Positions 19,255 through 28,721 of a DNA stretch of 64,000 bases are shown here, one piece after another. The stretch's first letter is position 1; every line of letters begins with the position of its first letter. Location of the stretch: sequence record DRR723986_585; one strand, given 5' to 3'. The notes below the pieces were generated by a model. It saw nothing but the letters and a program-made list of their open reading frames with translations, searched no databases and was not told where the DNA came from. The translations under genes were made by a program, and so were the position numbers.

Positions 19255-20229
19255 ATGATTTCTATTCTAATGCCAGTGAGAAATGCGGCCACTTTTCTAA
19301 CAGAGTGCATAGAATCAATTGTGAATCAAACCTTCAAAGAATGGGAACTGATAGCTATCAACGACCATTCAACTGATCAATCCAAAACATTGTTGACTCA
19401 ATTTGCAGAAAAAGATAAACGCATAAACGTTCTGGATAATAAAGGTGAAGGAATTATACATGCATTATCACTGGCCTTTGAGAACTCAAAGTACAACTTT
19501 ATTACACGAATGGATGCGGATGATATTATGCATAGAGAAAAGCTTCAATGTTTGTTTGAGGCAATAAATGGTAAAACAGGAGCAGTAGCCACTGCTAAGG
19601 TTGAATACTTTGCAGAAGGTGGAATTGGAGATGGATATCGAAAATACCAGAATTGGTTAAATGATTTAATTGATACTAACAAGCACTACAAGCATATCTA
19701 TAAGGAATGCGTTATTCCTTCTCCTTGCTGGATGACAAGCAGGGAAGTTTTAGACAAAATAGAAGGCTTTAAAAATTTGGAATATCCTGAAGATTACGAT
19801 CTATGTTTTAAGTTTTACACCCACGCCATTCAAGTAGTTCCGGTAAATAAAATATTGCATTACTGGAGAGATTATTCATCCAGAACATCTCGTAACGACC
19901 CAAATTATGCTGATAATACCTTCATTCATTTAAAAGTCAAGCATTTTTTAAACGTGGATTATCGTTCTGACATTCCATTAAAACTATGGGGAGCTGGTAA
20001 AAAGGGGAAAATCATTGCGCAGTTATTGGACCAAAAGGGAGTTCCATTCAGGTGGTACACCAATAACCCCAACAAAATCGGTCATACCATATCAAACACT
20101 GAACTAGAAGATGTTGTGCATCTTGATAAAAAAGAAAATCAGCAAGTGATATTTGCCATTGCACAATTGGAAACAGAAAGTCTTCAAGAAGGATTTAATG
20201 AATTAGTAAAAGTTTACGCATTCTGCTAA
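19255..20229 (+). CDS. Glycosyltransferase family 2
   Basis: ISILMPVRN, INDHSTD, RMDADD, EDYDL. Confidence 0.92.
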   Translation: MISILMPVRNAATFLTECIESIVNQTFKEWELIAINDHSTDQSKTLLTQFAEKDKRINVLDNKGEGIIHALSLAFENSKYNFITRMDADDIMHREKLQCLFEAINGKTGAVATAKVEYFAEGGIGDGYRKYQNWLNDLIDTNKHYKHIYKECVIPSPCWMTSREVLDKIEGFKNLEYPEDYDLCFKFYTHAIQVVPVNKILHYWRDYSSRTSRNDPNYADNTFIHLKVKHFLNVDYRSDIPLKLWGAGKKGKIIAQLLDQKGVPFRWYTNNPNKIGHTISNTELEDVVHLDKKENQQVIFAIAQLETESLQEGFNELVKVYAFC

Positions 20230-20230
20230 C

Positions 20231-20268
20231 CAAAAAGAGCTCATCCGTATCGCGAATGAACTCTTTTT
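20231..20268. terminator. Bidirectional intrinsic terminator
   Basis: AAAAAGAGCTCATCCG/CGAATGAACTCTTTTT; the stem pairs best on the minus strand (G-U pairs). Confidence 0.8.
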
Positions 20269-20358
20269 AAAACCACATAAATAAATACTTCACTTTTGCA
20301 GTGGAAACCACCTTAATAAAGTTTTTACATCCTCATAACGCATCAGGAATAATTCGTT
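20256..20358 (-). ncRNA. Candidate 6S-Flavo-like (ssrS) RNA
   Basis: Minus strand TTCCTG...GGTGGTTTCCACTGCAAAAGTGAAG...ATGTGGTTTT resembles flavobacterial 6S-Flavo blocks as I recall them; apical hairpin CACT-GCAAA-AGTG; ends are approximate. Confidence 0.5.
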
Positions 20359-20371
20359 ACAAATCAAATAA

Positions 20372-20926
20372 TTAATTCGGATATCCGATAAGACAACGGT
20401 CTTCGTTTAATGATTCAATCATATCATCTTCACTAATTGCCTTTACCTCTGCGTCTAGCACATTAGAGATTTGGCGCCTCATTTTCTTCAAAATTTTCCC
20501 ATCATAAAATCGCCGGACATCTTGCTGATTCTCTAATATCAGACGTGGAACCTTGCACAAACTACCATCCTCATTTTTTGCTACCATGGTAAAATAACAT
20601 GAGTTCGTATGCTTTGATTCTCCTGTTTTAGGTTTCAATGACTCCACTCTTATCCCTATAATCATTGAAGAATTCCCGACATAATTAATAGAAGCCGCCA
20701 AACTCACTAATTCCCCTACTTCTACCGGTTCCTTGAACTCAACACCGTCTACACTTACTGTAACACAGTAGGTTCCGGAATGCTTAGAAGCACAAACATA
20801 AGCCACTTTATCCATTAGCGATAATAATATACCCCCGTGAACTTTACCAGAAAAGTTTGCAAATGAAGGAATCATTAACTCTGTAATCGTAGTTCTAGAA
20901 TAATCTACTGTTCTTGCATCTTCCAT
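20372..20926 (-). CDS. Acyl-CoA thioesterase (hotdog fold, YciA-like)
   Basis: ANFSGKVHGGILLSLMD, VTVSVD...F.EPV.VG, FTMVA. Confidence 0.92.
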   Translation of the reverse strand: MEDARTVDYSRTTITELMIPSFANFSGKVHGGILLSLMDKVAYVCASKHSGTYCVTVSVDGVEFKEPVEVGELVSLAASINYVGNSSMIIGIRVESLKPKTGESKHTNSCYFTMVAKNEDGSLCKVPRLILENQQDVRRFYDGKILKKMRRQISNVLDAEVKAISEDDMIESLNEDRCLIGYPN

Positions 20927-20936
20927 ACTTAATGTT

Positions 20937-21407
20937 TTAATCTACTGTCGCCAATATAAGGGCTTTAAACAATTCACCGTTTGAAATAGAATAACCAATT
21001 TCGGTTAAATCAAACATCTCCTGCTCTCTTTGTTTGCTGTAAGGCTTTTCAGCTTTATGAACTTCAAATGCTGAAAAATCAGTAATTGAAGAGAAATCAA
21101 AATTCGTTAAATCAATGGTTGAATCTTTGGTGGAAAGAGCCGCCATTACCATTTTATCTGAATTGCATTGAATTGACTGGATATACGCTTTTCTTTTAAT
21201 TACAAGGAACTTTGTTTGTCTCATCACTTTTTCGAACACCACATCTGAAAATAAATCGACTATCTTTTGCGCATTTTCAGCATCCTCTTCCAACATATTT
21301 TTCCAATCATCTGCGCTTATACCGTTAACAACCAAATATTTTACGAATTCATCTTCAAATGTCGCCAGTTCTTCGTTGTTCAGTAATCTATATTTCGTCA
21401 TTCCCAT
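20937..21407 (-). CDS. Conserved hypothetical protein (DUF6495-like)
   Basis: KYRLL..EEL..FEDEFV.YL..NGI.ADDW, FSDVVFEKV; start at ATG 21407 or 21401. Confidence 0.75.
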   Translation of the reverse strand: MGMTKYRLLNNEELATFEDEFVKYLVVNGISADDWKNMLEEDAENAQKIVDLFSDVVFEKVMRQTKFLVIKRKAYIQSIQCNSDKMVMAALSTKDSTIDLTNFDFSSITDFSAFEVHKAEKPYSKQREQEMFDLTEIGYSISNGELFKALILATVD

Positions 21408-21520
21408 CTTTGAATACAAAATTAAACTTTATTCTAAATATGAAGTTTTCAATACTTTAATTGTGAAAAGCCCAACTAATTCAGGTTGCAACAAACGAAT
21501 TAATGGCTATTTTCGTCATC

Positions 21521-23101
21521 ATGATTATGAAGTCCATGTCAAAAGCAGTTTTTTTAGTAGCAGTAGTTGGTCTATGCCTTGCTTCTTGTAAAAAGGAGAA
21601 AACCTCTTGGGATAGTAATTGGGCTGCACCTATTGTTCATGGACATTTGACCCTAGGAGACCTTATCCCTCTTGACTATCAAGCAACTAATAATGACAAC
21701 TATCTTTCAATTGTATTTCAGGAATCCGTTTACAGCTTTAGTGTAGACACCTTAATTGATCTTCCAGACACAACAATTGAGAAAAAATTGGCGGTAAATG
21801 TGCCAAACTTAACGGTTAGCCCAGGTTTTACTTACGGTGATGTTTATGATCAAGCTTACGTTCTAGATCAAATAGAGTTAAAAGAAGTTATCGTTAGTCA
21901 GGGAACTGTTGAAATGGGATTAAAAAGTCCATGGCCTGGTAAAACGAAGGTCACTATCAACTTCCCCAAAATATTTGACGGTGGGGCACCATTCCTTAGA
22001 GAGTTTTTATTGGACGCTGGAACTCAAGCAAATCCGGCTACAGGTTCTGCCACAATTAATATGCAAGGATTTAGATTAGATTTAACCGGTGTTAGTGGAG
22101 ACCTATTCAATATGATTTCTGGAGACATTAGCGTAGCCTCTAACGAAACAGTCAACACGTTCGACATTACAAACCAGGACTCAATTGAATACGATTTAAC
22201 CTTTAGAGACATGCTACCCTACTATGCTAAGGGCTATTTTGGCAGTTATCAATTAACAGATACCACTGGTTTGAAACTACCATTCATGGATAAAGTATTA
22301 GGTGGCATGATTGATATCGATTCAATAGATTTAAATATTGTCATCAAGAACGGATTCAACCTTATTGCTCAGTCGAAAATCACATTAATTGAAGGATATA
22401 ATTCAAAAACTGGGACAACTGTACCCTTATCTTTTCCTAATTTAAATACGAATATCAATATCAACCCTGCCTCTGGTGGGCTCTATGATTATGTTCCGTC
22501 AGAATACCCACTTTCTATAAACAACACCAATTCTAACGTAACAGATTTTATAGAAAACCTTTCTGACTCTATCTTTTTAGGTTATGAATTGAACATTAAC
22601 CCCTATGGCAATGTGAATGCAGGGTCTGATGAATTGTTCCCTGGATCAACAATGGACATATTTTTGGATGCCGAATTTCCACTTGCTTTTAGTGCGAATG
22701 ACTTAGCTTTAACCGACACATTCAATATTGATTACACTGCCAGCACGTCCTACTCCCCTAAAGACTCTGAAATCATTTTAGATTATGAAAACGGATTTCC
22801 TATTGAAGCTGTGGCCACTTTCTATTTATTGGATGAAGACAATTCTGTCATTTCTACAATTAGTGGAGATAATCAAATTCAATCTGGGACCTATAACTCC
22901 GCAGACTACATTACATCTGCAAGCACAGGAGCCGTAATCTTCAGCTTAACTGAACAAGACTTAAACAATCTGGATTTGGCAAGTAAAATAGCTTTTATTG
23001 TGTCATTTAACACTGATAATGGCCAAAAAATAAAAGTGAATGCAGATGCATTTTTTGACTTCAATTTACGAACGAATTTAAATTTGACAATTAAACTGTG
23101 A
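21521..23101 (+). CDS. Large beta-rich outer-membrane lipoprotein
   Basis: Lipobox LASC-KKE; TATTTTCG box at 21508-21515 suggests a start at 21521-21536 rather than 21503. Confidence 0.8.
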   Translation: MIMKSMSKAVFLVAVVGLCLASCKKEKTSWDSNWAAPIVHGHLTLGDLIPLDYQATNNDNYLSIVFQESVYSFSVDTLIDLPDTTIEKKLAVNVPNLTVSPGFTYGDVYDQAYVLDQIELKEVIVSQGTVEMGLKSPWPGKTKVTINFPKIFDGGAPFLREFLLDAGTQANPATGSATINMQGFRLDLTGVSGDLFNMISGDISVASNETVNTFDITNQDSIEYDLTFRDMLPYYAKGYFGSYQLTDTTGLKLPFMDKVLGGMIDIDSIDLNIVIKNGFNLIAQSKITLIEGYNSKTGTTVPLSFPNLNTNININPASGGLYDYVPSEYPLSINNTNSNVTDFIENLSDSIFLGYELNINPYGNVNAGSDELFPGSTMDIFLDAEFPLAFSANDLALTDTFNIDYTASTSYSPKDSEIILDYENGFPIEAVATFYLLDEDNSVISTISGDNQIQSGTYNSADYITSASTGAVIFSLTEQDLNNLDLASKIAFIVSFNTDNGQKIKVNADAFFDFNLRTNLNLTIKL

Positions 23102-24339
23102 GATTGATATTACTTATAGCACTCTCTATTTCAGCTGGACTGGCCTACACACAGGATCCAGTGTTTATTTTTGAGGACACCATTAATGATGATAACCGGA
23201 TAAAAATTACATCATTTAATTCGTATGCTTCTAATAGACTGTCAAATGAATTCATGGATAAATTCATTTTTGGTGGGAATATTGATAATGAGTTGAAAGA
23301 CAAAATGTCGGGAAAGCTAAAAGGGATGAATGTTGCAGGTCTCGAGGCTGAACAAAGAATAGAAGCCTTTGTGCCAGACATCAACCTATTTGGTAAAGAA
23401 TTTTTCGGAATGAAATTGTCATTTTCCGATAACCATTACGGCTCAGTACAGTTCACTCCAGATTTATTCAATACAGCAATGTATGGAAATGGTGCGTACG
23501 TTGGAGATACTATGAATTTAACCTTTTCTCATTTACAGTATCAACATTATCAAAAAATGGGAATAGGTTTTTATCACCAGCACAATATGTCGAGTATTCA
23601 GCTAAGCTATGTTTCAGGTTCTAAAGGATTAGATGGGCGTTTGTCCGAGTCTTGGATGCACACACGACCAAATGTAGATTCAATTGATTTTTCTGTTCTT
23701 GGAAGCGGGTATTCCACAGAACGATTTTATCCTTACTGGGCATTTCAAGGTGGAGGATTCGCAGTGGACATTGATTACAATTTCATATTTGAAGGTAAAC
23801 TTAAGAATAGACAAGTTGTTAATCTGAAAATCAATAATTTAGGAGTTATATTTTGGAATAAAAACACCAACAATTATATCATGAATTTCAATGATAGTTA
23901 CAGTGGGTTTGATGTCGTTGATTTAATGAATAGAGACACTTCTAGCGACAATACTGTCAATTGGCTCGACACTCTTGGAATTAACAAATCAACAGGGAGA
24001 AATATTGAAACCCTTCCGGTAGAAATTATTGTTCAAAAAGTTGCTGATAGAGGGATAGACGCCAAACTTCAAGCAATATTCGGCTTTAAAGCAATACTAG
24101 TTCCCGATTACTTCCCCTATCTATATGCAGGTGCTTATTATCAACCAACTAAATCTTTAAGTCTTTCAACACGCCTATCATATGGTGGATTCGCTGGGAT
24201 TCGCTGGGGACTAAATATGAATTATTGGCTGAAGGATAAAATGTATTTCTCTGTTGGCTCTTTCGATTTAATTGGTTTAGCATCCAAGAAGCATGGATAC
24301 GGTAGAGGCTTTAATTTCTCATTTTATTATAATTTATAA
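23098..24339 (+). CDS. Outer-membrane beta-barrel, DUF5723/FadL-like (tentative)
   Basis: Signal peptide, GNG.YVG.T, GGGFAVDI.Y, INNLGVIFW, C-terminal GRGFNFSFYYNL strand; GTGA overlap with upstream stop. Confidence 0.65.
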   Translation: MRLILLIALSISAGLAYTQDPVFIFEDTINDDNRIKITSFNSYASNRLSNEFMDKFIFGGNIDNELKDKMSGKLKGMNVAGLEAEQRIEAFVPDINLFGKEFFGMKLSFSDNHYGSVQFTPDLFNTAMYGNGAYVGDTMNLTFSHLQYQHYQKMGIGFYHQHNMSSIQLSYVSGSKGLDGRLSESWMHTRPNVDSIDFSVLGSGYSTERFYPYWAFQGGGFAVDIDYNFIFEGKLKNRQVVNLKINNLGVIFWNKNTNNYIMNFNDSYSGFDVVDLMNRDTSSDNTVNWLDTLGINKSTGRNIETLPVEIIVQKVADRGIDAKLQAIFGFKAILVPDYFPYLYAGAYYQPTKSLSLSTRLSYGGFAGIRWGLNMNYWLKDKMYFSVGSFDLIGLASKKHGYGRGFNFSFYYNL

Positions 24340-25812
24340 ATGATGAAAAAGACACTGATTATATTCACTTTATTGCTGCCATTGATTGGTCAATCACAAG
24401 CAATTAGTTTTTTAAGAAGTTACGGGAACTCAGGTTATGACTACGCCTGTGATGTAAAACAGGATGTTGATTCAGGATATGTTGTGGTAGGTTCTTCGAG
24501 TAGCTTTACCCCTGATAATGGAGATGCGTATATCCTAAAGGTGGACACCCTAGGAAACCAACTATGGTCGTATAATTATGGCGGACAAGGAGCAGATTGG
24601 GCCAAGGCAGTAGAAGTTACGATTGACGAGACATACGCCCTTGCTGGATATACCAATAGTTATGGCGCCGGTGGATTCGATTTTTATTTAGTTAGAACAG
24701 ATGCGGCTGGCGTTCCAATTTGGGAAAAAACCTACGGCGGATCTGATTGGGACAGAGCATTCAACATGCAAGAAATGCCCGATAGTGGCTTTGTTTTAGT
24801 CGGTGAAAGCCATAGCTTTAATAATGGTATCAGAGCTGGATATGCAGTAAGAGTTGATAAATTTGGAGATACCTTATGGACTTTTTCTCATCCCTCATTA
24901 ACCGAAGAGTCTTTTTATAAGGATGTTGCTCTTGATGGTGACACGCTAATCATCTGTGGTGGCATAGCAGACGGAGGAATCAATACTTATGACGGCCTTA
25001 TCATTAAAATGCATGTCGATAAAACAGTGGGATGGATTCAAACTGTTGGTCAAGCCGATAACGATTACTTCAATACCGTATTTGCGGTGAATGGAGTTCA
25101 TTCATTCGCTGGAGTAACAACCACAGACTACACCAATCGTAAGGAGGATACTTGGATTTATAGACTACAAGATGACAGGACCTTTATCAATGAAGGCTCC
25201 TATCCCACTTCTAACTTCAGAGATGATGGAATTAACGATATTTATGTACGAGATTTTAACCAAGACGTCTATTATGCGGGCTATTCGGCTAGTTTCGGTT
25301 TTGGAAATGTTGATGGATTTTCTGATTTCTTCACCGGAAAATACTCATTTGGCGGCTTCAATTTAGCTTATAATAATTATGGCGAAGCTGGAGTTGATGA
25401 AGCGACAGGAATCGATTTCGCTTATGATAATGGGGTTATCATTTGTGGAAATACACAACATTATCAAACTGGAGGACACAACATCCTCTTACTAAAACTG
25501 GGGCCAACCTGGACTTATCCCGATCAATTTACAGATTTAACATTTGATGATCTAACACTTTCAGTAGAAGATTTTGAAAATGATCAAAGTACGACTTTCA
25601 ATATATATCCTAATCCTGCTGAGCAAGTGTTAAATATTGATTCAGACTTAACAATTCAATCTGTTCAAATTTTTGACCACATAGGTAAAATGGTTTATTC
25701 AGAGTCTAGCCCGGGTCAAAGCATCAATGTAAGCGATTTAAATTCAGGAGTTTATATTCTTCAGATTCAAATTGAAGGCAAAGACTACCGCAAAAAATTG
25801 ATTATAAAATAG
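24340..25812 (+). CDS. T9SS cargo with beta-propeller-type repeats
   Basis: Repeats of D.Y.LK.D..G...W...YGG...D.A; CTD IYPNPA...LNSGVYIL...KKLIIK. Confidence 0.87.
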   Translation: MMKKTLIIFTLLLPLIGQSQAISFLRSYGNSGYDYACDVKQDVDSGYVVVGSSSSFTPDNGDAYILKVDTLGNQLWSYNYGGQGADWAKAVEVTIDETYALAGYTNSYGAGGFDFYLVRTDAAGVPIWEKTYGGSDWDRAFNMQEMPDSGFVLVGESHSFNNGIRAGYAVRVDKFGDTLWTFSHPSLTEESFYKDVALDGDTLIICGGIADGGINTYDGLIIKMHVDKTVGWIQTVGQADNDYFNTVFAVNGVHSFAGVTTTDYTNRKEDTWIYRLQDDRTFINEGSYPTSNFRDDGINDIYVRDFNQDVYYAGYSASFGFGNVDGFSDFFTGKYSFGGFNLAYNNYGEAGVDEATGIDFAYDNGVIICGNTQHYQTGGHNILLLKLGPTWTYPDQFTDLTFDDLTLSVEDFENDQSTTFNIYPNPAEQVLNIDSDLTIQSVQIFDHIGKMVYSESSPGQSINVSDLNSGVYILQIQIEGKDYRKKLIIK

Positions 25813-26560
25813 AAGGGTTTATTCCTTTGGTAATCAATCGGTAAACTGCTGCTTTCTCTCGATCTTTCAACTGATCTAAATGACGATTAATCACAGTCTT
25901 ATCACCTCTAAGTGCAGGACCCGTCATTGCCTTTTGAGCTCCAGTTTCAAAAATTTTCTCTACTGTTTCGAATACAAGTGGCCGCAATATATCTAATTCG
26001 TATCCTGAATCCTTAAGTATTTCTTCGGCATAAGCCATCATTTTAGTCGTAAAGTTACAGGCAAAAACGGCTGCCAAATGAATTCTTGATCTGTCAGTAC
26101 TATTAACTTCAAAATACTTCGCCATTAAACCATTAATTACAATATTCTGAATATCCTCCAATGCATTATCATTATTGGCCTCTATCAAAAAAGGAACATC
26201 CGAAATTTCAGGAATTCGTGATTCAGAGAAGGTTTGAAGCGGATACAAAACTCCCCGATTTTCAAATCCTTCTAACACCTCTACCCCAATTGAGCCTGAT
26301 GTGTGAACAGTTAAACAAGATTTAGGAAGCAATGGAACAACAAGTCGAATGGCATCATCCGCAATTGCAATTATATTGGCCTGAACATCATTATTCAATT
26401 GAGAAACATCATCCGTATAGTTTGCCCCTACTTCAATAGCCAGTTTTTGTGCCTTGCTCAAAGTCCGCGAATAAACCGTTTCAACAACAAAATCATTCAT
26501 TACTAATCTTTTAGCTAAATGACCTGCTACTTTACCTGAACCTATTAAGTTAACTTTCAA
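25802..26560 (-). CDS. Rossmann-like + DUF2520 oxidoreductase
   Basis: IGSGKVA, VHTSGS, LYPLQTFS, HLAAVFACNF, TGPALRGD; TTG start. Confidence 0.88.
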   Translation of the reverse strand: MKVNLIGSGKVAGHLAKRLVMNDFVVETVYSRTLSKAQKLAIEVGANYTDDVSQLNNDVQANIIAIADDAIRLVVPLLPKSCLTVHTSGSIGVEVLEGFENRGVLYPLQTFSESRIPEISDVPFLIEANNDNALEDIQNIVINGLMAKYFEVNSTDRSRIHLAAVFACNFTTKMMAYAEEILKDSGYELDILRPLVFETVEKIFETGAQKAMTGPALRGDKTVINRHLDQLKDREKAAVYRLITKGINPSIL

Positions 26561-26653
26561 TTCTAAAAATTTAATCTATCCAATTTATTCCATCAAACTT
26601 ATTAAATTTGAAGGAGACACATTAAGATTATTCTTATAAATAAATCCAATCAC

Positions 26654-27862
26654 ATGAAAGACGTATTTATCGTTGACGCAATTAGAACAGCCATTGGCAA
26701 TTTCGGAGGAACCTTAGCACCTGTTAGAACAGATGATTTAGGGGCTCATGTAATGAAAGAGCTGATTAATCGAAACCCGAATTTTGATCCAAAAGATATA
26801 GAGGATGTGATTTTCGGATGCGCGAACCAAGCTGGTGAGGATAATAGAAACGTTGCCAGAATGAGCTCGTTATTAGCAGGCTTGCCATGGACTATTGGTG
26901 GAGAAACGGTAAATCGCTTATGTTCATCAGGAATGGCTTCAACTGTAAATGCGGCAAGAGCAATTAAAGACGGAGCTGGAGATATTTATATTTCAGGAGG
27001 GGTTGAACATATGACGAGAGGCCCTTGGGTAATTTCAAAAGTTTCAAAACCATTCGGAAGAGACGCACAAATGCATGATTCGTCTTTTGGATGGCGATTT
27101 GTAAATCCCAAAATGAAAGAAATTTACGGTGTTGACGGAATGGGTGTTACGGCTGAGAATTTGGTGGAAATGTACAATATATCTCGAGAAGATCAGGATC
27201 TTTTTGCATACAACAGTCAAATGAAAGCTGCAAAAGCGCAGGCATCAGGAAGATTGGCTGAAGAGATCGTTCCAATCGCGATCCCAAGAAGAAAGCAAGA
27301 CGATTTAATTTTTGATACAGACGAATTCATCAAACCCAATACATCTTTAGAAGTCTTAGGAAAGCTTCGTGCGGCATTTAAAAAAGAAGGTGGATCGGTG
27401 ACTGCTGGAAACGCTTCTGGACTTAATGACGGTGCCGTAGCTCTATTACTAGCCTCTGAGGACGCGGTTAAATCGAACAACTTTAAGCCTATGGCTAGAA
27501 TTGTTTCGGCGGCAGTTGCAGGGGTTGAACCAAGAATAATGGGAATTGGACCAGTTTACGCTTCACAAAAGGCTTTAGCTAGAGCTGGACTTACCTTTGA
27601 TGACATGGATATTATTGAAATCAACGAAGCCTTTGCTGCTCAAGCCCTAGCATGTACAAGAGAAATGGGAATAGCTGATGATGACCCAAGAGTTAACCCT
27701 AATGGAGGTGGTATTGCAATTGGTCATCCGCTTGGCATGACAGGAGGAAGAATTCTGCAAACTGCTGCTATTGAACTTCAAAAAACCAACAAAAGATACG
27801 CACTTGTTACTTTATGTATTGGAGTTGGACAAGGTTACGCTACGGTTATTGAGCGTGCATAG
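26654..27862 (+). CDS. Acetyl-CoA C-acyltransferase (thiolase, PcaF/PaaJ-type)
   Basis: GCANQAGEDNRNVAR, NRLCSSG, NEAFA, GHPLG, LCIGVGQG. Confidence 0.95.
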   Translation: MKDVFIVDAIRTAIGNFGGTLAPVRTDDLGAHVMKELINRNPNFDPKDIEDVIFGCANQAGEDNRNVARMSSLLAGLPWTIGGETVNRLCSSGMASTVNAARAIKDGAGDIYISGGVEHMTRGPWVISKVSKPFGRDAQMHDSSFGWRFVNPKMKEIYGVDGMGVTAENLVEMYNISREDQDLFAYNSQMKAAKAQASGRLAEEIVPIAIPRRKQDDLIFDTDEFIKPNTSLEVLGKLRAAFKKEGGSVTAGNASGLNDGAVALLLASEDAVKSNNFKPMARIVSAAVAGVEPRIMGIGPVYASQKALARAGLTFDDMDIIEINEAFAAQALACTREMGIADDDPRVNPNGGGIAIGHPLGMTGGRILQTAAIELQKTNKRYALVTLCIGVGQGYATVIERA

Positions 27863-27863
27863 A

Positions 27864-28463
27864 ATGTTTTCGAAAGCTGTAGTACTCGACTTTTTTTCAA
27901 TTCTCTTATTAATTTTCGCTTGTTTAATTGGCTGGTTTGACATTCCTGCTACTCTTTTTTACATTGGAACAGAGGTAATTGTTTACAGTATTTGTATTTC
28001 AGTACTGTATGCCATCACAAAACGCGCAGAACGCATAGCAAACATTCTACCAGTTACTGCATTTATAACGATTGTTGTTTTTCTATGCGCAAGCACACCA
28101 GCTATATTAAGCGAAACTTATGACACGAAAGGAGTTCGGTTTTTTAGCGCCATTCCTGACTATTTGATTGACATGATTATGGTCACATGGCCTTTAATTT
28201 TTGTTAAATTAATCTTTGTTATTTCTCAGCTAAAAAAAGCAAATGAAATTAAAAAGGAGCTAGAAGGACAAATGTTTGAAAATATGATCGTCTCACTTTT
28301 TACAAGCATTGGCATTGCACTGATTTGCTTGGCGTTCTTTTCTGCTCAAGCATCAACTCAAACAGGAATCATACTAACTTGCTTAATTATAGCAAGATTA
28401 TTAGCGTTCTTTTATCTTAACAAAAAAGAGCTTTTTAAAATATTTAGAAATAAAAAAGCCTGA
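27864..28463 (+). CDS. Hypothetical integral membrane protein
   Basis: About six hydrophobic segments; ATG 1 nt after the thiolase stop. Confidence 0.7.
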   Translation: MFSKAVVLDFFSILLLIFACLIGWFDIPATLFYIGTEVIVYSICISVLYAITKRAERIANILPVTAFITIVVFLCASTPAILSETYDTKGVRFFSAIPDYLIDMIMVTWPLIFVKLIFVISQLKKANEIKKELEGQMFENMIVSLFTSIGIALICLAFFSAQASTQTGIILTCLIIARLLAFFYLNKKELFKIFRNKKA

Positions 28464-28486
28464 GCAGTAAATTGCTCAGGCTTCTT
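28452..28486. terminator. Bidirectional terminator
   Basis: Perfect stem AAGCCTGAGCA/TGCTCAGGCTT flanked by A- and T-rich tracts. Confidence 0.85.
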
Positions 28487-28503
28487 AACTTTTTTAAAGT
28501 CAA

Positions 28504-28695
28504 TTATTTATTCGACCAAGTACAACCTGCATCTTCGCAGTCTTTTTTCTTTGTGTCATACTCATCTTTGTCCATATCATTGTGAGTGGTAGTAAATTCA
28601 CCACCAAAGATTACACATGTACATGTACCACTTTTTTTACAAGATGTCGCTCCCAACATTAACAAGGCAGCTGCCACTATCATAACTTTTTTCAT
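28504..28695 (-). CDS. Small four-cysteine lipoprotein
   Basis: Lipobox ATSC-KK, then CTC...CEDAGC. Confidence 0.8.
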   Translation of the reverse strand: MKKVMIVAAALLMLGATSCKKSGTCTCVIFGGEFTTTHNDMDKDEYDTKKKDCEDAGCTWSNK

Positions 28696-28721
28696 ATTCT
28701 ATTTATTTGGTTAATTATTGA

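Noticed and set aside
26654-27862. Aromatic degradation cluster implied by a PcaF/PaaJ-type thiolase
   Set aside because: No other pca or paa genes in the window; substrate cannot be assigned from motifs
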